Below are positions 56,557-64,000 of a stretch of 64,000 nt of DNA, in pieces; within the stretch, counting starts at the first letter, position 1; each line of letters begins with the position of its first letter. The position numbers were made by a program, and so were the translations under genes. Source of the stretch: a virus; IMG/VR virus record IMGVR_UViG_3300010334_000030, positions 77,055 through 141,054 of that record. One strand, given 5' to 3'. The notes under the pieces were generated by a model. The model did not search any database. It was not told the origin of the DNA and was given only the letters and a program-made list of their open reading frames with translations.

Positions 56557-57888
56557 CTAGAAAATTTTAGAAAGATCATCTGCAGAATCCTTATCGTTTC
56601 TTATCTCTATAAATCTAGGTAAAAATAACGATCTGTTGCCGTGTTTATCAGTTATTGCTACATTGTATTGAACAGCTGCAATCTTACCTATTAATGAGTC
56701 GGGATCAGAACTAAGTGATTTAAGATCAGAATCAGTAAACCCTGAACCTATTTTAACGTTTAATGTTTTGGTGGAATCTGTACAAATAAATCCACCAATA
56801 TAACCCTCTCTCTTTCCCTCTCCAGGGTACCATCCAGTAATCTCAAGATCGCAGTCGCTAACCTCTTTAAATTTAACCCATGACTTAGATCTCTTACATT
56901 CATAAACCCCATTGTCTTTACATATTACTCCTTCCCCTCCTAATTTGACTATCTCTTTATAAATTGAAGTAACCTCCGAAGCGTCATTAAGTTCCCATAG
57001 TTGGGCAAGCTTAACCTTGGAAGCTTCTGGAAGATGTTTAATAACATTTTCTAAAGTGTGTCTACGTGTAATATAATCTAAAACACCGTGTCCATTTTCT
57101 AGCGTTATAGCTTCTTCAAAATCAAAAACATTGAAAAGCATTCCACCTTCAATTTTAGAGTCTACTGTTCCCTTAAGTATTTGTGTAACTTTACCACTGA
57201 CAGATTTTCTATTAAGATCTGTTAATTCACCATCAAAAAACCAATCGCCCTTTAGATCGCTACTTTGTATACTCTTTTTTAGATCTTCGGTTATTGTAGG
57301 AAAGCAAGACGAATCTAATTCGTTAAATGCTCTAGTGAAATAAGAAATTTCACCATTTTTATACAAAGCTATCACTCTTACGCCATCATACTTTTCTTCG
57401 CAGTATATCTTCCCCCATTTTTCTATAGTTGAGTGGTCATCAGTAGCAAGCATAAGTGATGGATCTGGAATTAATTCCTTTCCTACCGCTTTATTAATAA
57501 GCTTAGCACCAATCCCAATATTCATTCTCTTAGTTAAAACTTTCATCAGATATTTTCTAAGTTCGATATCCTCTTTATCATCATCAGAAAGTCTACATGA
57601 AATTATTTGCTGAGCTCTATTTCTTAAAGAATCATTAGCTGCTGGTGCTTTTTTTAAATCTTCTACTAAAGACTTAAAATCTTCCCAGAGATTAGGATTT
57701 TTTGAATTTGGTGATTCCTTAAAATTAAGTTTGTGAAGTTTTGTAGTAACGAATGGATTAAAACAAATATCTAGGATATATTCCATTTCTGGACTTAATG
57801 AATCCTTTATGAGGTTTTGTTTTGACTTTTGAGACCCTTCCCCAGTTAAGGACTCAAGTGATTTTAGTGTTTGAATTTCTTTTATCAT
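56557..57888 (-). CDS. ATP-dependent DNA ligase
   Basis: EEKYDGVR, FDGEL, GEGVICK, WVKFK, GSGF, LFLPRF. Confidence 0.95.
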   Translation of the reverse strand: MIKEIQTLKSLESLTGEGSQKSKQNLIKDSLSPEMEYILDICFNPFVTTKLHKLNFKESPNSKNPNLWEDFKSLVEDLKKAPAANDSLRNRAQQIISCRLSDDDKEDIELRKYLMKVLTKRMNIGIGAKLINKAVGKELIPDPSLMLATDDHSTIEKWGKIYCEEKYDGVRVIALYKNGEISYFTRAFNELDSSCFPTITEDLKKSIQSSDLKGDWFFDGELTDLNRKSVSGKVTQILKGTVDSKIEGGMLFNVFDFEEAITLENGHGVLDYITRRHTLENVIKHLPEASKVKLAQLWELNDASEVTSIYKEIVKLGGEGVICKDNGVYECKRSKSWVKFKEVSDCDLEITGWYPGEGKREGYIGGFICTDSTKTLNVKIGSGFTDSDLKSLSSDPDSLIGKIAAVQYNVAITDKHGNRSLFLPRFIEIRNDKDSADDLSKIF

Positions 57889-57903
57889 CTATATTAATTT
57901 TAG

Positions 57904-57911
57904 CAAATATA
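57904..57911 (-). promoter_or_regulatory. Bacteroidota-type -7 promoter element TATATTTG
   Basis: Matches TAnnTTTG, about 16 nt upstream of the ligase start. Confidence 0.5.
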
Positions 57912-57947
57912 GGAAAGAAATCCGGAGTTAAAAAATAAAATCAAAAA

Positions 57948-59576
57948 TTATATTGCACCCGCATCCATAGAGGCTAGATCATCTCCGCCTTCTGCGCCTT
58001 CCCCTGCAGCTTCAGCTTGTTTAGCAATCTTCTCAGCTTCTTTCTCGTCTTTCTTTTTATATTTTTCATTAAGTCTAATAAGATCAGGGTTAAGACCTAA
58101 GAATCTTTCGATCAAAAATCCATTATCGAAATAAGGAACCTCTGCCTCACCCATTTTAGTTTTAAGCTCTCCTAACCCAGTAATAAATTCAGTTCTTTTC
58201 TGGTATGTAGCCATCTGAACCTGCTCGTTAAAAGGATTATCCCTATGATATTTCAATCCTAAATTTGTTTTAAAACTTTTATCTTTAGCAAGTTCAGGAT
58301 ACTTTAAACACATTTGTATATACAACGGCTTAACTAATATCTCCTGAAAAATTGATCTTAATCTAGTTAAGAATTTTTCAAATCTAATTTCATCTCTTTC
58401 TAGCCCATCTATACTTACAGAATAGTTAACAGGGGTTGCACCTCTAGAAGCAAATCTAGCATAAGGAATCTTAGAATCCATCTTGAGTTTGTTAAAGAAA
58501 TAGAGAACGTTTTCCATAACGTTAAAATCAGGACCCGATGCATTTAAAGATTCGATAGTTGGAGATTGACCATTCTGTTCAGGAAAAAGATAGTTTTTGT
58601 AAAATTGGATTTTAGGTTTTCCGTTAACTGTCATTTCTCCAGAATTCTCATTAATTGAAATATCCTCCTTATAGTTATTCATTAATTGACCAAGGGTTTG
58701 CATTGCCTTCTGTGGAGATTGACTTCCGGTAGGTATAATGAATTTAAGTCTAAATGAGGCGTTCATAACATTCCAGATAACTCTAGAGTTTTCCATTATT
58801 CTTAGAATATTATAGGATCTCACTAATCTTTCAAGATAGCTTATTCTAGAAATCGAATTACCCTTAGCATAAGAGATGTAAATAATCTGCTCATTTGTAA
58901 GTTTCCTAGTCATCTGTGGGTTTTTTGGATATTGAATCCAAAACTGTTTATATTCACTTTCACTTATCTTCTCCACAGCAGGTTGGAGTGATGTTGGATC
59001 TAATTCTTTAAACCCTATAATCTCCTTACCCTGGTTATCGTAAATTATCTCAAAAGCAAGAAATCCATCCACTAGAAACTGCTTGAAAAATTGCCAAGCA
59101 AGTATAGTGTTTTGGAATCCAAAAACGTTATAAAGTCTATTATAATTATTTGTAATCTCATCTCTCATCTTATCTTTTAGACCATCGAGATTTGCAAAAG
59201 ACGGCGAGGCAAAGAAATTACGCTCGGTATAACTTATACACTCATCAGTTACCGTGTCAAGAATAAATTCAATTTCTCCATTCAAAGAAAACTTTCTTAG
59301 AAAATTTCTTTTCTCAAGATAGTCCTTATCATAATAAGCAATATATTTTCTAACCCTAGTATCTTGATAGGATAAAGTCCAATAAAAAGCATCATTCTCA
59401 GTAAATCCAGTTCCAGATTGATTAAAGAAGGCAGATTCGGTTTTACCAACGGCTTGTGAATTTCTCACCACCATATCATCATACTCCATTCCCAGCTTTG
59501 AGATCTTTCCGAGATTTCGAATAATGTTTCCTAGAGCCGATTGACTCGGTTTAAATCCGTCTAAAAATCCTGCCAT
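57948..59576 (-). CDS. Portal protein (T4 gp20-like), paralog B
   Basis: FLVDG, SYLERL.R.YN.LR.ME...VIW, YF..KL.....IP..R, RDEIRF.KF..RLR..F. Confidence 0.9.
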   Translation of the reverse strand: MAGFLDGFKPSQSALGNIIRNLGKISKLGMEYDDMVVRNSQAVGKTESAFFNQSGTGFTENDAFYWTLSYQDTRVRKYIAYYDKDYLEKRNFLRKFSLNGEIEFILDTVTDECISYTERNFFASPSFANLDGLKDKMRDEITNNYNRLYNVFGFQNTILAWQFFKQFLVDGFLAFEIIYDNQGKEIIGFKELDPTSLQPAVEKISESEYKQFWIQYPKNPQMTRKLTNEQIIYISYAKGNSISRISYLERLVRSYNILRIMENSRVIWNVMNASFRLKFIIPTGSQSPQKAMQTLGQLMNNYKEDISINENSGEMTVNGKPKIQFYKNYLFPEQNGQSPTIESLNASGPDFNVMENVLYFFNKLKMDSKIPYARFASRGATPVNYSVSIDGLERDEIRFEKFLTRLRSIFQEILVKPLYIQMCLKYPELAKDKSFKTNLGLKYHRDNPFNEQVQMATYQKRTEFITGLGELKTKMGEAEVPYFDNGFLIERFLGLNPDLIRLNEKYKKKDEKEAEKIAKQAEAAGEGAEGGDDLASMDAGAI

Positions 59577-59585
59577 TTTTTATTT

Positions 59586-61280
59586 TTATATTACTGAGGT
59601 GTCCTCTGCTCCTGCTTCCGCTTCTCCACCTTCTTCCGCTTCTGCTCCAGCTTCTGCTTCCCCCTCTTCACCTTCCCCACCTTCTTTTCCTTCTTTTTTT
59701 GCTTTTTTATCTTCCTCTTTTTTCTTTTTCTTTGCCTCTTCTTCTTTCTCTTTCTTTTTTCTTTCCACCGCTTCTTTATTAGCTGCTATATCTTGCTGTG
59801 ACATTCCTAGAAAATTTTCAACAAGGAAAGAAACAGAAAAATAAGGCTTTTCTGCATCTTCCATTAGTGCAGACATAGCGGTAATTGATTCTTTTCTTTT
59901 CCCTAGCATTTCAATTTCTTGATTCACTCTAAATGGGCTATCCGAAAAATACTCAAGACCTAGCTGACTCTTAAATGCAAAATCGTCAGCCAGCTTTGGA
60001 TGTTTCTTAACCATCTGGATCCAAAGAGGCTTAATGAGAACCTCCTGAAAAGTTGATCTTAACCTTGATATAAATTTGGAAAATCTTATTTCCTCCTTGT
60101 CTAAGCCTTCCGCTGCATTGACGTATGTAGAAGTATTTCCACCGTCTGGACCGTGAAATCTAGAAGCTGGTATTTTAGACTCCTGAGAAAATTTATCATA
60201 GAAATAATTTAAAGGCGTTGTGTCATTTAAATTTGGTCCATCAATAGTAATAGGTTCAATGGTTGGTGTTCCAGTGCTGCTCTGGGGCATTAAATAATTC
60301 TTATAGAATTGTATTCTCGGTCTTCCATCCATTAAGAGCTCCCCTGTATCATCGTTGAATTGAACATCTTCCTTATAAATACTCATAAGCTCACCTAATG
60401 TCTGCATTCCTTTTTGTTGAGATCTAGTCCCTATAGGAACTGTCATTTTAAGCTTATACGAAGAATTCATAACAGACCAAATAACCCTAGTGTGTTCTAT
60501 AATTCTAAGAATATTATACGGTCTTATTAGTCTTTCAATATAGCTTATTCTTGAGATCGAATTACCCTTTGCATAGGATATGTAAATAATCTGAGGATCA
60601 TAAAGAACTCTTCTTTTTCTAGGGTCTTGTGGAAATTGTGTCCATGTGCTCAGAAAAGTTCCATCAGGCTGTTTCTCTACACTAGGAACTATTGTTATTG
60701 GATCGATCTCTTTAAAACCTATAATCTCTTTACCCTGGTTATCGTAAATTATCTCAAAAGCAAGAAATCCATCAATTAAGAATTGTCTAAAATATTGCCA
60801 TGCAGTTATATCGTCATTAAATCCCCAGATCTCATATATTCTTTTATATGAATCATAAAGATCCTCTTTTAATTTTTCATTAATATCTGTCAAATCTATT
60901 AAATCAGGATATGCGAAATAATTAAAAGGATCATATGTTACTGACTCGTCACAAAGAATATCTAAAACCCATTCAACCTCAGGATTAAGCGAGAATTTTC
61001 TAAGATAGTCTCTTTTTCCTTTATAATCCTTATCAAAGTAAGATACAAACTGTTTTGTTGAAATATCCTGTTTAGCTAAGGTCCATAACATACCTTCGTC
61101 TTCAACGTTTGACTTATTCTTATTAAGGAAAGAAGCCTCCGTTGCACCCACCGCCTGAGAGTTTCTGATAACCATGTCATCATACTTCATCCCAAAGGTG
61201 CTAAGCTTTTTTAGGGAATCCCTTATTCTTTGAATAACCGGGGATTGTGAAGGTCCGCTATTGTCTGTAAAACCAGCCAT
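59586..61280 (-). CDS. Portal protein (T4 gp20-like), paralog A
   Basis: Same motifs as paralog B; longer K/E/G/A tail; GATATATA at 61339-61346. Confidence 0.9.
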   Translation of the reverse strand: MAGFTDNSGPSQSPVIQRIRDSLKKLSTFGMKYDDMVIRNSQAVGATEASFLNKNKSNVEDEGMLWTLAKQDISTKQFVSYFDKDYKGKRDYLRKFSLNPEVEWVLDILCDESVTYDPFNYFAYPDLIDLTDINEKLKEDLYDSYKRIYEIWGFNDDITAWQYFRQFLIDGFLAFEIIYDNQGKEIIGFKEIDPITIVPSVEKQPDGTFLSTWTQFPQDPRKRRVLYDPQIIYISYAKGNSISRISYIERLIRPYNILRIIEHTRVIWSVMNSSYKLKMTVPIGTRSQQKGMQTLGELMSIYKEDVQFNDDTGELLMDGRPRIQFYKNYLMPQSSTGTPTIEPITIDGPNLNDTTPLNYFYDKFSQESKIPASRFHGPDGGNTSTYVNAAEGLDKEEIRFSKFISRLRSTFQEVLIKPLWIQMVKKHPKLADDFAFKSQLGLEYFSDSPFRVNQEIEMLGKRKESITAMSALMEDAEKPYFSVSFLVENFLGMSQQDIAANKEAVERKKKEKEEEAKKKKKEEDKKAKKEGKEGGEGEEGEAEAGAEAEEGGEAEAGAEDTSVI

Positions 61281-61312
61281 CTATAATTGTTAAATTATTT
61301 TAGTCCTTAATC

Positions 61313-61921
61313 TTAAATTAATTTCGATTCATACTCTTTATATATCCCCTGCGTTTGCAAGCCCTCTATCATAGAGAATCTAAGGTAGGGAAGCTTAAAC
61401 CAGTCTTCTAAATCAACAATTTTAATTTTTTGTATAAAATTAGCTTTAAATCCAAAAACTGATCCATTATACCCTGTTCCTGCCATAAATCTTTCTAGGA
61501 AGCTTGTATTTAAAGGAAGTGGTTCTATATTTCCACCTTTAGAGTACGCATCATAGTTTTTGGTTATAATATTATTGAAGTTATCAAAAACCTTTGAAAT
61601 GATCTCTATTTTACGTAAAGGCGGAACTGTTATGAGATCAATACCTTTTAAAATGATTCCGTCTTTTTTACTTTTATATGAATCTAAGCAAAGAACTATA
61701 GGATTTCTATTGATGAATTTTCTTTTTTCATTTACCTTTGAATCGGTAGCGTAATAAAATGAATAGATCTGACCAGGGATAAAGGGCGGGAAAAACTTTT
61801 TGTTAGCTTTCTCATCTCCGAAATACTTATCCTCGAATAGTTTATCAGTATTAGAAACTAGATCTTGAGTGTTTTTAAAACTATTTTTATACTCTAAAAC
61901 TGACTCTGAATATTTTTTCAT
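61313..61921 (-). CDS. DNA end protector protein (gp2-like)
   Basis: PGQIYSF.Y....K...R.P.V....GIDL..VP pattern; adjacent to gp4. Confidence 0.65.
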   Translation of the reverse strand: MKKYSESVLEYKNSFKNTQDLVSNTDKLFEDKYFGDEKANKKFFPPFIPGQIYSFYYATDSKVNEKRKFINRNPIVLCLDSYKSKKDGIILKGIDLITVPPLRKIEIISKVFDNFNNIITKNYDAYSKGGNIEPLPLNTSFLERFMAGTGYNGSVFGFKANFIQKIKIVDLEDWFKLPYLRFSMIEGLQTQGIYKEYESKLI

Positions 61922-62403
61922 CTGCTTTTAAATAAAAAATTCTCATCGATAACTCCAAATTTAAAGCCTCTCCTTTCTGCCCACTCTTTTGCAGCTTTGA
62001 ATTTAGCCTGATTTGTTATCCAAATTTGCATATTTCTGTTATACGATTTTAACTTAGTTAGGGTCATATTTCCTTCGTATATGGGCTTCTGTGTTTGTCT
62101 TTCTGGTTTTATCTCTATTATCCACTCTTTCTCTTCCCCATCCTCACTTAAAACCTTTATGTAGAAATCAACATTATATTTGTGATCCTTCTTATCTAGC
62201 GGGTTGTAATAATCTATTGCCATTGGCTCAGATGACCACTTTAATATAGATTCATTAGTGTCACAATAGGTACAGAACCTATATTCCCATGAAGATCTGT
62301 AGATTATATTATGGATATCGCCAATATACTTATCTGGGTTCATAGGAGCATATAATCCAGATTTATATTCGCCGTTAGGTTTTACCTTTTTAATATCAGT
62401 CAT
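61918..62403 (-). CDS. Head completion nuclease (gp4-like, TnsA-type)
   Basis: P.NPDKY.GD...I.YRSSWE, WSSEP, Y.VDF, EIKP, NQAK..AA. Confidence 0.92.
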   Translation of the reverse strand: MTDIKKVKPNGEYKSGLYAPMNPDKYIGDIHNIIYRSSWEYRFCTYCDTNESILKWSSEPMAIDYYNPLDKKDHKYNVDFYIKVLSEDGEEKEWIIEIKPERQTQKPIYEGNMTLTKLKSYNRNMQIWITNQAKFKAAKEWAERRGFKFGVIDENFLFKSR

Positions 62404-62409
62404 AATTTA

Positions 62410-62769
62410 TTAGATATTATAAGTGTTATCATCACCAGTGATATGGCTAAAAGGTATAGTCTTTGGGCTTTTAGGTGGGTGAAGCTTTTTCCAGCCTTTA
62501 GCAAAGCCGTTCTTAGCTATTTGTGTGAAGTATGCAAAGGGGTTATTTGATTTACTTGGATCAAATCTATCCCAATATTTACAAAGATCCTCCATGGCAA
62601 AAGCCATACAATCTTCTTTATCCTCTACATCTTTATATGCCATTTTTTTAGATATACCGTGTATCATAAGGGTAAACATATCTATTGTATCCGGGGTTAA
62701 TCTTCCGTTCTTTTTTGACTCGACAACTGCTATCATTAAGTCACTGTTTTTTACATAATCTTTGGCCAT
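62410..62769 (-). CDS. Late-transcription sigma factor (gp55-like)
   Basis: YVKN..L, FDP.KS.NPFAYFTQI..N.F. Confidence 0.88.
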   Translation of the reverse strand: MAKDYVKNSDLMIAVVESKKNGRLTPDTIDMFTLMIHGISKKMAYKDVEDKEDCMAFAMEDLCKYWDRFDPSKSNNPFAYFTQIAKNGFAKGWKKLHPPKSPKTIPFSHITGDDNTYNI

Positions 62770-62834
62770 TAGGAGAGGGGTTTGTTTAATTAATACTATT
62801 ATATTCTAGTATAAAATCGGATTAATATTTCAAT

Positions 62835-62871
62835 AAAAAAGAGAATGCAAAAACGAATCTTGCATTCTCTT
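62835..62871 (-). terminator. Intrinsic terminator downstream of the frameshift extension
   Basis: AAGAGAATGCAA / TTGCATTCTCTT 12-bp stem followed by a T-run on the minus strand. Confidence 0.8.
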
Positions 62872-62889
62872 ATCTATTATTTAGTATGT

Positions 62890-63054
62890 TTATTTTGATT
62901 CTTCTGGTTCAGAATCATCTTCGCTTCCTGGTAATTTATCCTTTCCTGTAGGGGCTTTACTTAATTTACCTGCTGTTGGATCTACGAATTTTTTACCTGG
63001 TTTATTCTGATCTTCCGCTTTGGGTGCAAAGTAGAAATGTCTAGTTGCAGTTAC
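62890..63054 (-). CDS. -1-frame extension (54 aa) of the 63051-64000 protein
   Basis: VTATRHFYFAPKAEDQNKPGKKFVDPTAGKLSKAPTGKDKLPGSEDDSEPEESK*; has no ATG; continues the upstream repeat motif. Confidence 0.7.
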   Translation of the reverse strand, partial: VTATRHFYFAPKAEDQNKPGKKFVDPTAGKLSKAPTGKDKLPGSEDDSEPEESK

Positions 63055-64000
63055 TTTTTTTTTAAATCCTCAGATTCTGCTAGGTTGTATCCAAGATCTT
63101 TAGAAGCTTTAAAATCTACATTTCCATCTTTACCTGGGGCAGAAACTAAACCTTGTCTCTTAGCAATTCCAGAAACTACGCTATTTGTTTCTTTTGCTTT
63201 CTTTCCGTGATCCGGAGCAGAAATTAAAGAATTCATCAAAGTAGGTCTGTTTGTTTCTCCCGCGTGCTTCCCGCTCTTAGGTGCGTGCGATAAATTATTA
63301 GCTGTTGTTCCCTTTGTTTGTGAAGCTTGCTTTCCGTTTTCTGGAGAGTGAGCTAATGTTTTATTTTTAGTAGTTCCGCTAGTTTGATTAACTTTAGAAC
63401 CTCCATTTGGTGTTTTAGCATAATTAGTACCTGTGGTTTTACCCTCTGCTATATTATAGCCAATTTCGTATTTATTTCCTGCAGCATCTTCACCATCAAA
63501 ATCTACATCACCTTCTTTACCTGGAGCATCTCTTAAAAGGTTTTTTCCTTGCTCTTTTCCTTTAACCATTTTAGAGCTTCCTGGTGCAGTTGCTAGATTC
63601 TTCTTGTTTGCATCTTTACCTTTAGCCATTTTATCATCTCCTGGGGCTTTAACTAATTGTCCATTCTTATATTGAGATTGTATTTTCTTAACAGCTTCGT
63701 TCATTGTTAAATTATAACCATGAAATCCGTCTAAGCCCATATCTATTTCTCCGTGCTCTCCTTTCGGTGCACTAGCGAAAGAATGATTAGTTGCAAGGGT
63801 CTTTAAAATTTTCTTTTGCTCCTCTATACTTAATTTACTCTTATTAAGAGTATTGATCTTCATTGATTCCTTCATTTCTTCTTCTCCGTCCTCGTCGCTA
63901 TCAGAATTCTGAGATTCTTCGTTATCGTTAGCTGCTTGATTTAAAGCGCTATCTAAATCAACAATCTCATTTACTAAATATTCTGAAGTTTTCCCGCTAT
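63051..64000 (-). CDS. Partial CDS (starts beyond the window): putative prohead core/internal protein with L-x-x-AP repeats
   Basis: The frame stays open upstream of the tracked ATG at 63875 to the window end (SGKTSEYLVNEIVDLD...); repeats LVKAPG, LATAPG, LRDAPG, LSHAP, LISAP, LVSAPG. Confidence 0.75.
   Translation of the reverse strand, partial: SGKTSEYLVNEIVDLDSALNQAANDNEESQNSDSDEDGEEEMKESMKINTLNKSKLSIEEQKKILKTLATNHSFASAPKGEHGEIDMGLDGFHGYNLTMNEAVKKIQSQYKNGQLVKAPGDDKMAKGKDANKKNLATAPGSSKMVKGKEQGKNLLRDAPGKEGDVDFDGEDAAGNKYEIGYNIAEGKTTGTNYAKTPNGGSKVNQTSGTTKNKTLAHSPENGKQASQTKGTTANNLSHAPKSGKHAGETNRPTLMNSLISAPDHGKKAKETNSVVSGIAKRQGLVSAPGKDGNVDFKASKDLGYNLAESEDLKKK

Noticed and set aside
59026-60773. 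Diversity-generating retroelement template/variable repeat pair
   Set aside because: The repeat is an exact match within paralogous coding sequence, not adenine-specific variation, and there is no reverse transcriptase in the window
29115-62758. Plus-strand ORFs of 60-170 aa overlapping minus-strand genes (e.g. 29115-29624, 39573-40025, 41310-41720)
   Set aside because: Ser/Phe/Leu-rich antisense shadows of Lys/Glu-rich genes
1-64000. Stop-codon reassignment (as in Lak-type megaphages)
   Set aside because: Genes are full length in code 11; TAG ends genes (e.g. 1132, 56557) and TGA ends gp4
1-64000. tRNAs, bS21, introns, inteins, IS elements
   Set aside because: Intergenic gaps are short and show no cloverleaf; no bS21-like ORF, no split core gene, and no intein or transposase motifs were seen by eye

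Overview
AT-rich 64-kb segment of a large T4-like (myovirus-type) jumbo phage genome, almost all genes on the minus strand, standard genetic code. In window order: fibre and baseplate genes (gp9/10-like fibre start, propeller and PKD adhesins, gp7-, gp6- and gp25-like), neck gp13, an amidoligase-like gene coupled to a phage ribosomal protein bS1, a gp5/gpV-like spike, a 1981-aa protein with about 58 tandem 23-aa Gly/Pro/Tyr repeats, and hub, gp53-like and tube-initiator-like genes. Next come Nudix, a kinase-AsnB cassette, a cluster of putative head-internal proteins, the major capsid protein and a prohead protease-scaffold fusion. The right end holds a nucleotidyltransferase, an exonuclease, a degenerate UvsE, clamp loader subunits, an RNase H-like nuclease, guanylate kinase, ligase, two tandem portal paralogs, gp2, gp4, the gp55 late sigma and the 3' end of a repeat protein. 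The host is probably Bacteroidota (TAnnTTTG elements, no Shine-Dalgarno, Reg_prop-like repeats). Most notable observations: (1) an apparent capsid-cargo/ejection system, in which more than 10 proteins carry T4 capsid-targeting-like leaders, the scaffold is a 14x array of the same motif, and predicted cleavage would expose cecropin-like cationic helices and a peptidoglycan-binding module; (2) a probable programmed -1 frameshift at 63054-63066 adding 54 aa not shown in the ORF track; (3) a duplicated portal with a 44-bp identical tract; (4) at least three promoter motif classes readable from the sequence. All family assignments are from motif recognition by eye; no database search was run.
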